Assembly (NCBI RefSeq): GCF_036321535.1
Contig: NC_087436.1
Coordinates: forward strand, 75,828,001 to 75,892,000
DNA length: 64,000 bases
Direction: 5' to 3'
DNA from: Camelus dromedarius
Taxonomy: Eukaryota
A program made the translations under genes and the position numbers. Shown here one piece after another: positions 38,191 through 52,344 of the stretch (its first letter is position 1; every line of letters begins with the position of its first letter). The notes under the pieces were generated by a model that was not told the DNA's origin, did no database searches, and saw only the letters and a program-made list of their open reading frames with translations.

Positions 38191-39974
38191 AATGCTAGAG
38201 GAATGACTGCTTTTGTATAATTATGTCTTTAGGTTTTTTTAAGAACTGGTGAGAGGCTCACAGGCTTATGAATTCTGGTGCTATTTTCATATCAACTTCC
38301 AAACCTTTACCCTGCTTGGATGAGCCTAGGCCTAGCTCTCCAAAAATGAATCCCTGCCGCCTTGCCACATCTCATGGCAGTGACCACAAAATGTGATAGC
38401 TTGTTTGCTGAATTGAAGGTCAACTTGTTTTTTTGTCAAACCCATTTCACAGTTAAGCAACCAAGCTCAGAGATTTTAAAGTTAATTTCCCAAGAGACTA
38501 TAAGATGGAGACGAAAACTACCTTAGAGCAGAAGGCTGGTATCAGAAACTCAGAACATGGTTTACTTAATTTCTTTGACGCTTTGTTTCCTCACTTGTAA
38601 ATAAAAGTACCCATAGGTACAGTATGAGAACTTTGATATTATGTATGGTAAGCACATTGTGTGGTATAGGATAAAGCATGAAACGAACACACCATTCTAT
38701 ACTGGCATCAAAAGAGATTTTTCATAGAATTATATAATATTGAAATTAAAGGATCTGTTAAAGATCACCTAGTCCAATTCCCTCCTTTCTAGAATTTTTT
38801 TAAAAAGCAAAAAAAAAAAAAAAAAAAAATCTCAGAGATGATAGAACTGGCCAAGGTCACACAGTCCTTAATGGCAATACCAGGCAGGATGCAATATCTT
38901 TCTCCAAATATTCAACGAAGAATAGATTTGTTCTGCAGGACTCCAGGGAATAAAATCAGTGTTGAAAACTAGGAGGAGACCACGTAAAGAAGACATGAAT
39001 AACAATCTCAGCATTCCACTGTTGAAATGCACTGCCTCAGGCTTCACTTTCCTCCTCTTAACGCGCTGAAGCCAGCTCTGGGAAGATAGAGCAGGCATCG
39101 TCCTACTACAAGAGAGTACACTGATTACTCTCTGGGGTGTGTGCATTGGAGATTAGTCGTATGCATCATGGCTTGTCCACATGGTTGATGCATTGCCTGA
39201 GATAGGTCCAGACCTATGACAGAGCCAGCTTGGGAATTCACAATTTACAGGAATATAGTTGCCACCACCTCATTGGAAGTGAGGACCCAAAGTTGTAATT
39301 TCTCAGCACTTTACATAAGATCAAGACTCTGTCAAGTGTCCATATCAAAGAATAGGGTTTCGAGGAGATTATAGGGTGACTACATTCCTTTAACCCAGTT
39401 GGCAATGCCACTGAGTATATATAGAAGTTTGGTTCAACCCTGCTGGATGGTTAACCACAATTTTAGAATCTGTAATTTTCTGTTATCTGTACCAACAACC
39501 TTTTGATGTGGATAATTGAAATTTGGCTGTAATTTTGTGAAATCTGGCCACTCAAGACCAACTTGTTGAGCATCACTCTTTAGAAACAATGTGGATTGAG
39601 ATGTTCCACCCACTAGACAACTCAAGTGAAAGAGTCTGCCATCATCACAATACCCCAAACCAAAAACAACAACAAAGGAAGTCGTCTCTTAGAAACAGTC
39701 CGAGTGAGACAGGACTGACATTAGCAACAAAAGAGAAGTGAGAGGTGATTTGAGGAAGTAAAAGAAAGTTCAGTAAAGGCTGGGATATTTCGGTGGAACC
39801 TATTAAAAGGGGAACTCCAAGATATGCCTTGCATTTGCTCAGGTATGGACCTGAGTTTGCATATTTTGTAATTTCAGAGTATGTTCTGAGTAAAACAGCA
39901 AATATACTTAGTATGAGTGGTTAATGAAGCCAGCAGAAGAGTGGGCACATCCTGTTACAGTGCACATAATAATA

Positions 39975-40210
39975 CAAAGCTAATATTAACCAAGTGCTTA
40001 CCATGGGCAGGCACTGTGCTAAAGTGTTTCACATGAGTTAACCTGTTTAATCCTTAGAACAGGCTTGTGATGTAGGTACTATTCTTAACCCATTTTCAGG
40101 AACCTGAAGTTTAGAGAGATTGACTACTTTCCACAGCTGATAGGTGTCCAACCTCAGGTTTGAATCAAGGTCTTCTGGCCCCAGACCCACACTCTTCACT
40201 GTTGTACCAT
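39975..40210 (-). mobile_element. MIR SINE
   Basis: agtgcttaccatgggcaggcactgtgctaaag...gtaggtactattc...tttgaatcaaggtc. Confidence 0.8.
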
Positions 40211-41204
40211 AGTGGACTGTATGCTGTACTGCCCATATACCGCTGCAGCTTTTCGAAATGAAATCCAGTTGTTGCGTTAGTGCTGCTGCCTTTGTCCCCG
40301 AGGAAGCCCATTACTTAGCACTTCGGGCAGCCAGCTTTCTGCAGGTCAGCCTTTGGGGCAAGGTGTGCCTCATTCATGTTAATCCTTAGAAGAAACCTAA
40401 CCCCAATAAGTTCTTTTTCCATTAGGGTCATGATAGGTCAAAGATCTACTAAGGATAAGTTTTGATCAGGAGAAGTGGCATAAATTGAAATACAATCAGG
40501 AAAACTTTCTCACCATAATTCCATTTACGATGATCCCTAAAATTCAATGCGGCCCACAGGTGCTGCTGGGGAAACCACTCAGAGGCCCAGCCTATCCATG
40601 GCAGGTATAACTTTCCTAAATGCAAGAAAGGTTGAGTGCAGTGCCAGCCGTGTACATATACAAAGCAAGTGGACTTTCAGGATGCTGAAAAGGACACTTA
40701 CACCCAGATAGTTTTCCCCTAGAATTGCCAACTGGTCTGGAATTCTCACCACTACTATCACTTATTTGGATCAAGCCCCCTATATTAGAACATAAATATA
40801 TTCTCAAAAAAATGAACACATTTATCCATTAGCATTCACTGCAAACCAGTGAGCTGCAATGTGAGAAAGAAAACTGGGCTTCAAGGGGATGAGACCACAG
40901 TAGGTAAATTTTGATGAATAAGAGAATTGGAAATGTCATCGCAGTGATTTTCAAGCCCAGGTCTACAGATTAAAGTTGGTCCAAGGTGAAGTTTTCATTA
41001 ATTTATGATGAAATATGAGCATCAAGGACAATGTAGTAACTTTTTAAATTAAAATAGTAGATTCTGAGATCCTGTTCTCCTTTTTGGATGGCACCATGTA
41101 GCTTCTTTTATGAAATGATTGTGGTAGATGGAGCTTGTGTTTTTTCCTTAATGTCTTTACTTAGCAGAATAAAAAGCTAGCAACTTTTTGTTAATCTTTA
41201 ATAT

Positions 41205-41370
41205 GTACATGTGCTAAGTGCTTCACTTCAGTATTTTATGTAATCTTCACAAGGACCATATGAGGAATGTACTGTGATAATCCTTATTTTATAGACAAGG
41301 AATCTCAAGACTGGAGGATAAATAATTTAACCAAGGTTTTATAGCTATCGAGTGACAGAACTGTGATTTG
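41205..41370 (-). mobile_element. MIR SINE
   Basis: tgtgctaagtgcttcac...taatcttcacaa...attttatagacaaggaa. Confidence 0.7.
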
Positions 41371-44300
41371 TCCTCCTTACTCCTCCCATTTAGGGCAGGG
41401 ATATTGAGGGCTTTGTGGGAGGGATGGGTGCTAAAGACAGAGAGAAAGGTGTCAGGGGAACTGAAGTACAAAAGATAAATTTCACCTACTTAATTTCACC
41501 AAAGGCTCCCTAGAACTTTGCAAAAATATTTCCCTTCATCATCAGCATTTATAAACTAACATCATAAAATCCTAGAAGGCCAAGCAAAAAGATTCCTAAG
41601 GTTTATCTTCTTTTTAATAAATGAGACTTAGAGGTAGTGTCTGAGTTAAAATTCTAAATACTTGCATTTCACTAGCACTCAGAAATGTATACTTAAAGCA
41701 AGACATAACAGCCATTATTGCTAATGTAGACACAGGAAAATGCAGCCTGATCAAACCAGTGAAGTATCTGCGTGTGATAAATTTCAGCTCAGCCAACTTA
41801 ATCATCTATGACAAATGAAGGACAGTAAATAGAAAACAAGACTCCAAAATACAGTCAATTTCAACTCAGTGCCTTGTACATAGTAAGCACTCAACAAATG
41901 GTCAAGTACTAAAAGAATGAATGAATTCCTGATTCTATATTGCTCCCCATAACATGGGCAACATGCATATTTTCTTGTTCTGGAAATCAACATGGAAGAC
42001 CTGTGAAGATGCTTAACCATGAAATAACTCTTGTAAGGATCTATTTTGATCAACTCAGGGTGCTTGCCATTAAATATGAAAATGTGCAAATATACTAAGA
42101 TAGACACAATATACACAGTGATTAAGTCTTAAGAATTAGTATAATTCATTTGGTATTCATCCAAACTTTCAACATTTGAAAACATTTTACATTACTCAGC
42201 CTCTTTGCCACCAGTGAACCCAACTATGTCCAGAATTTTGTCACCTTCAGAGAGGGAGGTGGAATTCTTATCAGCCACAGTGACCTTGCAGATAGCTTTC
42301 TTAGCTTGCCCTGAAACACACTTCCAAGAATTAAAATAAATTCTAAAGGATATGCTCAGCATTTCCAAGTATTTATCTACCCCTAATTGACATTTCCTGT
42401 TGACTAGAAGAAAAATGGGTGAGCAGTCATTTAAATTACTTTTTGGAGGGTGGGGGAACAGAAACAGACTGGTGTTCTGTGGACCCAGCCGTAAGCTTCA
42501 GGAAATACCGCTATAACTCACATCTCTAAGCCAAATTTGCTAAAAATGTCCATCTAACACTTCTGAAAGGCAAGCATCGAGGTGGGACCACAGAGAATCC
42601 CTTATCTACCCTGTAGACCAAGATATGACCTATTACAGTGGGAACTCAGGTATCAAATTGAGGAGTTTTCCATCCTGGCTTGGGTTTGCATGAGAAACAT
42701 GATCAAACTGAATTAGATTCCTGAAAATGTATAGCGACATGGGTAAGATGCCTCTTCGTTAATCAGAGATCCAAGATCATTCCCAACTACCTTAACCTAT
42801 AGATGGAAGTTGAAATTCCTGATGACAATGCTTGAGATACTTGAGTCTATTGCTGACTTTCAGAATCCATGTCACTCAAACAGTTGAGCCCATAAGGCCA
42901 AAAGGAGATGAAAGGAGTGAAGTTCAAGCTACCCCTTTATTGTATTCTATACAAACCTGCCCATTTAACATTAACAGCGGCTAGATCTCTGCCAAGCAGC
43001 TACATTATCTGCAGAAGTTCAAGCAGTTACCAAGCATTAATCCTGGTTCAGGCATCACATTCAGAAATGGAGATTTCCTGGAGCTCTATGAAGAGGTGGT
43101 ATGCACGGAGGGCCACAAGCCTGAGCATGTAGCTCCCGTGGTCATCTGCACAGGGGCAGCCACCCATTTAGGAGCCCCTGGACATGAAAGCATCAGGCAG
43201 ATTTTGAACTTGATTTGCAGAATCTTGGAAAATTACCTCCAGCTGGGATGCTGGACTCATTCCTTCATTTGTTCAGCAAAAATGTATTAAGCACCAATTT
43301 TGTGACACTAGGAAGGATGGGACCACTGACACTTGGAGAATCATTTCATAGAAGCCACTAGGTGAAACTAGGACTTGGTATTGGAAGTGATGATCAGTTG
43401 AATTCAAAGGCTCCACCAAGTATGGGGCCAAAAGATTCCTCACTTAAACCCCTGTCCCACACTTCTCTCATCCCCTCAAATGGAAATGACTTATTTGGTG
43501 TATTCACTTTATTGGATTTTTTTTGCCTCCTGAAAATTTCTAAGCCGAGATCTAATTACATAATCTCATGAATACATCTACCATATAGGGGTTATCAAGG
43601 CTAACACTGGTGGACTGTGTATCAATCAATAAAAACTGATCCATTTTTAATCAATAGAAAGCAAAGACCTTGTCTTAATTCTTTCTTTGGCCTTCAGTGC
43701 ACAGCACAGGCTTATTTTATAGTGGACATTTCATAAATGTTTATTGCATCAAAAAGAATTCCTGTGGTGAGGAATTTTTACCTTGGGCTTTGTTTGGCTG
43801 TATGCAATATTTGCCTGATATTTTCTCTTTTGAAATGTTTTGAACCAGTGAGTAGTAATACTGAGTAGCAGTAGAATAACAGTTGATTTACTTAAATTTT
43901 AAGCCAGAGAAATTTGCCCACTCAGGTTGCAAAACTCAGTCATCCAGTCTACTGAGTATTTGTTTACTTTAATGCCAAAATTTCAGCTTCTGTTGAAGTA
44001 TTCATCAAGAGTGTTCATCTGAAACTATTCTAAAACTATTGACTATAACTTTTGCCCTTTGACTCAACTTCCTTACTTGTAAGATCAATGTCATAATTGC
44101 GTATTCTTAGAAATGGATAGGTTTGTGAGCCACCAATTAGACATTACTATACACATGCAATTACTATTACTCTCAGTGCCAATGATTCAATATGCAAATG
44201 TTGAAATTAGTTATATATTGCAAGCAATAAAGAACTACATTTTTTAAATGACATATCTTACACACATATTCAGATTTAAGACTATCACAATAATACACAT

Positions 44301-44699
44301 TCCCACTCACTCTCATTGATAATTGAGTTGCTTTTCCTGAGTGAGTGAGAACAAGGGACTTAGAGCCAGGTACCAGGAATTACACATAGGACACCAGAAG
44401 TGTCACTGGTCACTGGTCCACTTATAGGAGTGTGTAACAAATTTGAATGCCATTAGTCACATGCATCACAGTGGAGAAAAAGGTAGCAAATTCCTGTTCT
44501 TCAGCCATAGTCTTTTACTGAGAATTATAATTACCTTTGGAAAATTTACAGTTAAACATGTTACAGTGTGATTGTTCACCATTGTAAATAAGACAAGAAT
44601 TTCCCTGATGGCACTATTTAATAATAGTCCAATCCTTAGTCCTTTTTTCTGCCTTTCTTTTCCTCCATAGCACTTACCTCAAGCTGACATACTATATAA

Positions 44700-47220
44700 G
44701 TCTTCAATTCTCTGGATAATTCCCATCAGCAACGTATGAGTAATTTACTTTCTCTGCATTCCTGCCAGCATTTGGTGTAGTCACTATTTTTTTATTTTAG
44801 CCATTCTGATAGGTATGCATTGATACCTCATTGTGGTTTAAATGCGCATTTCCCTGATGGTTCATAATACTGTATATATTTTCATGTGTGTACATTTTTA
44901 TATCCTTTTCATGAAATGTCTGTTTATATCTTTTGTCCATTTTCCAAATGGACTGTTTTTTTCATTACTGAGTTTGGAAAGTTCTTTATATATTCTAGAT
45001 ACTAGTTTTCTAATGCATACATATGAAACATACATAGGTTTACAAATATTTTCTTCCAGTTTGGAGTGTATCTTTTTGTATTCCTAGCAGGGTTTTCCAC
45101 AAGCAAAAGTTTTAAATTTTGATGAAATTCAACTCATCAATTTCTCTTTGATCATGCTTTTTGTGGTCAAATTTAAGACCTCTGCGAAGCCCTACATCTC
45201 AAATATTTTCTCCTACTTTTTTTCTAAAAGTTTTATAGTTTAAGGTTTTACATTTGAATCCAAGATCCATTTTGAGTTTATTGTGTATTATATGAGACTT
45301 ACTTCCCCCATGTGTCCCTTGTTTACAATATAAGTGTCTTAAATATTTCCTATGTAGAACCACATCAGACAGTGTGATAATTTTTGACTTCCACCATCAA
45401 TCTTAATTTAGAAAACCAAGAGGAGAAAGAAAACCTATTGTATTTACCTATATTTTGCTTATCATGTTCTTCTGATGTGCGAAGATTTCTTTTTTTATCA
45501 TTCCCTTTCTGTTTAGAGAACTTCCTTTAATCATTCTATTAGAGTAGGTTTGTTGATAACAAATTCTCTTAGTGTTTCTTCATCTGAGAATTTCTTGATT
45601 TCCTCTTAATTCCTGAAGGATATTTTTGCTGGGTATAGGATTCTGGATTGACAGTTCTTTTCTTTCAGCAGTTGAAAGATCTTGTGCCATTTCCTTTTGG
45701 CATTTATGATTTCTGATGAAAATTTATTGTCACTTATTTTCCCCCCAGAGGTAAAATGTCATTTTCTCTGGCTGCCTTCAATTTTTTCGTTTGTTTGTTT
45801 TTAGAAGTTTAATTTTACTGTGTTGTGGTGTGGGTTTCTTTGGGCTTATTCTGTTTGGGGTTTACTGAGATTCCTGGATCTATAGTTTTTGCCTCTTCCA
45901 AAATTGGGAAGTTTTCAGTAATTATTTCTTCAGGTCCTTTTTCAGTCTCACTGTCTTTCTCTTCTCCTTCTCGGACTCTAATGATACAAATATTTTTTTG
46001 TTTTGGTCCCATTGGTCTCTGAGACTCTGATCATTTTTGTTTTAATTTATTTTTCTATGTTGTTCAGATTGAGTAATTTTTCTTTTTTCTTTTTTTTTAA
46101 AAATTGAAGTATATTCAGTTTACAATGTTGTATCAACTTCAGGTGTACAGCATAATGTTTCAGTCATATATATACATACATTATATTCATCTTCATATTA
46201 TTTTTCATTATAGGTTATGAGTTTGAGATTCACTCATTCAACTGAGGTTCATTTATTATGCAACATCTGAAAGAACAATATCAGCTTGATTTCTTCCCAC
46301 TTCTTGGTGTGACAAGTAAATTTTTTTTTTTAATGCAACCTGAATATTTTAGTATTGTTAAGAGTCTGGGGCTTATTTAAGCCTTCTGTTTTAACTGGCT
46401 TTCTCTGAAATCACTCTGGCAGGAGAATGGTGGGCACTACCTCCTTACAGCCAGGTGAAGGTAGAAGTAGACTGTCCCAGTTTCACCTTCATTGTCATCA
46501 GATGGAGGTGGGCTCCTCATTACTGCTGGCAGGAGTGGGAGTTCACCTCCCCATATGGTCCCTACTGGCATTACTGGTGGTAGCCTCATTATTGCTGAGT
46601 ACTTGTAAGAGTCCTGACTCTCCACTAGACTTCCTCCGACACAACCTCAGTGGGGAAAGGGAGAGGTGTCTGGTCACTGATGAGTGATGATGGAAGTCCA
46701 AGTTTCCCGTGTCGTCTCCGCTGACACTTCACAGGGACGCATTACAGGGCAGTGGGGATGAAAGCCCTGGTGGTCAGGGCATCTCCTTACAGCCCACGAG
46801 GAGGAAAGTCTCGGTTCCCACTCAGCCTTTGCCAGTCTGGGTAGGAGAGGGACTCCAGTTTTTTCCTGTAGCTTTTGGCACCATAGGAACATAGGGATGT
46901 TTGGAAATAGAGAGAGTCATGTCTGAAATTTTTAGGGTATCCCCTTCTTGGTCTTTTGGTTTGAGAGCATAGGCTTTTGCTGTTTTATTTTCCTGCCCCT
47001 ACTGGCATTCTGTGTTGTTTGCGTCTTTAGTTTTAGGTCTAGGATACGTGAGGTAAAAAGAAAATCCACTTGCCACCATGTTGTTCCTCAAGGTCTCTAG
47101 ATGGTCTGCCTTTTCTTCAACTCTCAGAGTCTTTTCATGTTTGTTTTATATGTAAAGTCCAGGAAGAAATTAAAAAAACAAAAATAGAGAAAAATATCTC
47201 TACTTTGTCTTCCTGGATGT
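44700..47220 (-). mobile_element. Old L1 fragments including ORF1 and 5' regions
   Basis: ORF 45815-46012(-) NICIIRVREGEEKDSETEKGPEEIITENFPIL resembles L1 ORF1p. 44740-45300 is ORF2-3'-like (ttttagccattctgataggt...ctcattgtggttt). Confidence 0.8.
46082..46220 (-). mobile_element. Young L1 3' tail nested in old L1
   Basis: T-run, then aattgaagtatattcagtttacaatgttgtatcaacttcaggtgtacagcataatg. Confidence 0.82.
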
Positions 47221-47321
47221 GGGAGCCCATGCAGTATATTTTATTGCCCATGCATAAAATTGTCAAATAAATCAGTAGATAGTCATTATTGAACCCTCTA
47301 AAAGAACAATATATATATCTT

Positions 47322-47527
47322 GTCATCCAAAATGGTAGTCACTACCCATATCAAATTATTTAAATTTAAATTTTTAAAAATTAAGCAAAACAAAAACCCC
47401 GTTCCTCAGTTGTACTAGCAACATTTTGAGTGCTTAGTAATAGCTACATGTGTCTAGTGGTTATCATACTGGACGGTTCAGATACAGAACATTTTGAGCA
47501 TCTCAGAAAGTCCACTGGAGAAGAGTG
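47322..47527. mobile_element. MER3 (hAT-Charlie)
   Basis: ccaaaatggtagtcactacccat...gttcctcagttgtactagcaacattt...gctacatgtgtctagtggtta...gatacagaacatt. Confidence 0.82.
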
Positions 47528-47684
47528 AGCCAGACATTAAACAAAACATTTGGTGTACTAGATGCTGGTGTACTTATATCATACGGCCATCAAACGTTTT
47601 TTACAGTCATACGTGCCATACTGGATAATTTTGAAAAAAATACTTTGCACTTTCTGCTTCCATGATTAACTTATATTTTCCCCT

Positions 47685-48245
47685 CATTAATTTATTCCAC
47701 ATATTTTTATGAAGTGCCCACAATAAGCCAGGAAATTCTAGGCACCAAAGTACATCAGTGAACAAAACAAAGATCCCTACCTGAATATTTACATTCTAGT
47801 CGTGGTAAATGAACAATATATATCATAAATAAATTAGAAGATGAATACTATGAAAAAAGAAAAGGCAATACAGGTTAAAGGAGGATGAGATGGGAGGTAT
47901 GGGGGGCAGATTAGGTCATTCCTACAGGATCTGTCATAACTACCTGATGAAATCTCAGCTCTTCTCCAATATCCATGTCAAATGTCACCTTCTCTATGAA
48001 GCCCATTTAATACCTTAGTTAAAATATATCTTTCCCACTGCGTTCCTTTAGCATTTCCTATCTCTATTTCAGCACTTAGCATTCTGCCTTGTGTAAGACA
48101 TGAATGTATCTGACTTTTCCTTAGACTGTGATTCTTGAATAAAAAGAATGTGCCTTATTAATCATATTATCCCTTAAAGGGTCACACATGGTGGTTAGCT
48201 TAATAAGTATTTGTTGAGTAATGAACCCTAAAATGAATGAATTGA
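47685..48245. mobile_element. Two L2 fragments (- ~47685-47900; + ~47950-48245)
   Basis: cagtgaacaaaacaaagatccct; tcaaatgtcaccttctctatgaagcc...taataagtatttgttgagt. Confidence 0.65.
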
Positions 48246-50919
48246 CAGAGACTCAGATTGTTTATAAAAAGTAACCCTGATATTAGAATTAAGAAATAAA
48301 AACTCAGCATGTAGGTTTGGGGTGCCAGTTCTCTGTTCACACTAATTTTGCTCCCTTCTGCTAACATCTATGTGGCTAGAGAGATGGTAGGTAGTTTTGT
48401 TGGAGAAAATCTTTATGTTCTGCTCTTGCTGGATTTCTAGTAAAAAAAAACACCACATATCAACAAGCTTCACAAATCAAGCAAAATATTGGCATCACAA
48501 AGAACTTAACTTCGTCTTCAGGGCTGTCATGTATTATCCATCTAGCGTATTAAATTAACTGCAACACATTAGAATCTAGGCAATCTAACACTATTACCCT
48601 TATATAATACACTTTCATTTGAGAAAATATGATTTATGTGAAATTACCAATCTTTATTTTTCTTTTTGTCAGTGAGTAAAAAAACACAGAAATCATCAAG
48701 CTATATTCTTTTTTATTTCTTTTTCAAAATATACTGCTTTACATGCTCAACAACCAGTAGAACTTGTTGATTAAGAAATTGTATTTCTTTCAACATAATA
48801 ATATAATATCTTGAAAGTACTGTTATAAACAGTATTTACTACATTCACAAGTACTGAATAAAGCATAGCTATGAAACTGATTTTGATTACACATTCTGTA
48901 GGTACCCTAATCAGTAGAAATGAATAAAAGTCTTCCCGAAACAATCATATAACTAAAAGTACACAGTTTTTGCATTTTACTTCTTTTTAAAAATCAGTTT
49001 TAGAGTTTAAAGATTTAGTTCATGCATAATTAGAAAGTGTTTATAAATTCCTGATAATTCAGATATATTGAATTGGTTGAATTAGTGATTAGTGTGGCTT
49101 TTTTGAACAAAGATGTGACAGCATGAAATATTAATGAATGTTCTACTAGAATTGCTAATCATGGATTCTTCTGATGAAGATGAATTTAAAACGAATCTCT
49201 TCTAAATAAGCGAATGTGTTTGTATTTTTGATATTTTTATTAAACTGAAACACTGATGTTTGTCTTAAAGGTACTTATTTTTATCACAGATGCACATATA
49301 GTATACACTTCAATTACATTTTATTCCTGACCGGCAGGGAATTACTATAGAGAATAATCATTAAAGCTCTCATTATTAGAGAAACAGGGATTGATTACTC
49401 ATTATGATTACTATAGGAAAGTTGATGGGTCCTAAGTGAGAAAGGTAACAGTGGTGAGTAGAAAAGGATGTATACAGGTCAGAAGCAGAAGAAATGTAAA
49501 AAATGTACAGGATGATCATGAACACAAGAAACCACCCCTACAGCGACTAGATTCGACGTTTGTTTGGCTTAGAGTTTGGATTTTATGTCTTGTTTCTATT
49601 TTCTCATGTGAGTAGCACAAGGCTGTGTGCATGTGAATGTGTACATAGGCCTGCAATAAGTGTCCATTTAATTAATTTACTTACACAGGGATAGCCAACT
49701 TCCTAAAGTAACTCTCTGAGGCTGTGTGCAAATGCTATTAAAACAAATGATAAATTCAACAAAAATTAAAATTGTTCTGTAAAATTATTTGCGAAAATTT
49801 TAGTTCTTTGATTTAACTTTTTAAGGTTTTGATCAACTATTTGTTGTCATATTAATCCAAAAAAGTTTAATGTTTAAGTGAGCCAAATCCATAATTGGTT
49901 AATCCTCTTTGGAATAAAATGTAAGCATTAATATCTCTCATAATAATTATTTTGTTTAAAACGTATTGGTAGACACATTTTCACAGACCAAGTGTGTTTA
50001 TGTATATGTGCAAAATTTGAATTTGATATCTGTCAATACAGAATGAACATTTTAGTGCAAAGCTGCTTAAATACACACACACACACACACATTAAATTTA
50101 TAAGTTCAGAGCTTATAAAAATGTGCTTATCTATAAAAAGGATACAACATGGGAACTCAACAGTGAGTATTACATTTGGATAAAAATGTCAAGGATTTTA
50201 ATAAAATGTTAGCAATACATAAATTTCTTTTAGCTATACAATTTATTTGACTCCTGAATTCAAGTTCTTACTCAGGAGTTCCTCCTGCATCTTGTAGATG
50301 GTCTGACTTGCTACTAGTTTATCAGTAAACCTTAGCTGGGTGTTGTCATGGTAAAGGGAAAAATGCTTCTAATCTGTCCCTATAAGTAGGCCCAGTGCTG
50401 TCCCGAGATAAGAGAGAAAAAAAACAAGGTATCGTGTTGAAGAATGAAAAACTCAAAGGTTAAAAAATATGTATTTATCCTTTAAGAATGATTTCCTTGA
50501 GTATTATATTTAGAGCAATTTGCAAATTATATAATTGAATAAGGTCCACAAAAAGCAATTTACAAATATTATAATTTAAGAAGTGGGTACATAAATATAA
50601 TTTTCATGTTAGCTGATATATGCACTAAGGTGGTGTTTGATCTTCACCAAGATGAAAATAAATAATAAAAATCACTTTTATATACAATCTGGCCACACTT
50701 TATAAAGATTTCTCTAGGGGAAGATCTATAGCAGGAACTTACCTTTTACATTTAAACAAAAGTACAGTCAAATTTATCTGTGTTTACCTAGACTCTGATC
50801 AATTGTAACGCTCCCCTCAAATCGTGTCTTTAATTTCTTCCTGTGAATTCAAAATGCAATTAAAAACATTTCAAAATATCAATTCAAAGTGGCATTAATT
50901 TTCCAGGCACTTTGACTAT

Positions 50920-51290
50920 TTAATTCAATAAGTATTTCACATCTATAATGTACCTAATATTGGGCTATGTATGCAATGGAATTACTTAAAAATAAAAACT
51001 ATACATTATGTATTTTCTTTGACACTTAAGACTTATATACAGTGGGTAATTAAGAATACAGTATGCTAAGCTTTGCATGTGGACAAAAGTGCTACAGTGG
51101 TTCAGAGAAATGATGGATTACTATGAAGTGGGGAAATTGGGGATACATTTCCTGGAGGAGGTAAGTTAAGTTGGGAAAGCTGTATATGTCTAAGATGGAT
51201 GAACAGGAGGGAAAGACAGTGTTCAGGGTCAGGGAAACAGAAAGAGCAAAAGGACAAGGGTGAGATTTTAGCCAGTGAAAAGAAATCAGC
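50920..51290 (-). mobile_element. L2 fragment
   Basis: ttcaataagtattt...atttcctggaggaggt. Confidence 0.5.
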
Positions 51291-51535
51291 CTCACAGGGC
51301 TGACTTGTTTGAGTGGTGGGGACCCACGCTTCCATTACAGCCTCAGGTTTTGCTTTCAGATTGATTTCAAGTCTCAGAGTTCTCACCTCTCTCCTGTCTT
51401 TGTCTTATTGACATTATTACTTACAGCATTCTCTTACTTAGGCTGTCCTGCTTTTACCCTTGTCAAGTTTTCTACTCCACAATCAGAATTACCTTTCTTG
51501 TAGTTCCATACACTGAGCAGTTTGCCATTTCTTGA

Positions 51536-51728
51536 TTTTTCCCTCCCTTCCTTTTTTCCTCCCTCCCTCCCTCTCTCTTTTTCTTTCTCTTTCTCTTTTT
51601 CTTCCTTCCTTCCTTCCTCTCTCTTTCTCTTTTTCTTTCTTTCTTTCTCTCTTTCTCTTTCTTTCTTTCTCTCTCTGTCTCTCTCTCTTTTCCTTCTTTC
51701 CTTCCTTTTTTCTTTCTTTCTTTCCCCC
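51536..51728. repeat. ~190-bp polypyrimidine/polypurine low-complexity tract (CCCT/TTCC/TTTC/CT)
   Basis: Read directly; almost purine-free on the + strand. Confidence 0.95.
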
Positions 51729-52344
51729 ACTACCTGTATTTCTTCCCTGAAGACAGTCTGCAAAGATCCACCAAACCATCTGGTTTAAGTTGGCCAATGT
51801 ACTTGAACTCCACAAATGTTTATCAAGCACTTACTAGGGGCCAGGCATATATAACAATGAAGAAGCCATGGTTCTCCTGAAACATTCAGCCAGGTAAAGG
51901 CTCTTCCTTGCCCCAAGTCTATCCATATTGTCCTCTACTACAATTTGCAGTTCAAAGTCTGCCAAAATAGAAAAAAAAAAAAAAGATAAATGTTAAGAAG
52001 CCTAAAACTCACCCCAAAGAAGAATCATTAGGTTCTATGTGTGAAGCACCTGTGGTGAAAGGCTAGCATGGTAGAGCAGCTTGAGTCCTCGCACTGCCAC
52101 ATTTGGTAAAACTTTGAACAAGATGATACAAAAGAAAGAGGATCTGACATTTCTTGATTTCCTACTATGTGTCCAGCACTGTGATTGGTATTGGCTGTGT
52201 ATTATTTAATATTCATAGATCACATCACCTTCCAGCTCCCACTTCAAAAAACAGAAATAAATTCAAAACTACAGCAGAAAACTAAAAATTTTAAAAACCT
52301 ATTCTTCCTGGTCTAAAGATGAATAAAATGCAGGTGCAGATAAG

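Noticed and set aside
51434..51830. Lys/Glu/Arg-rich and Phe/Ser/Leu-rich ORFs
   Set aside because: They are translations of the polypyrimidine low-complexity tract.
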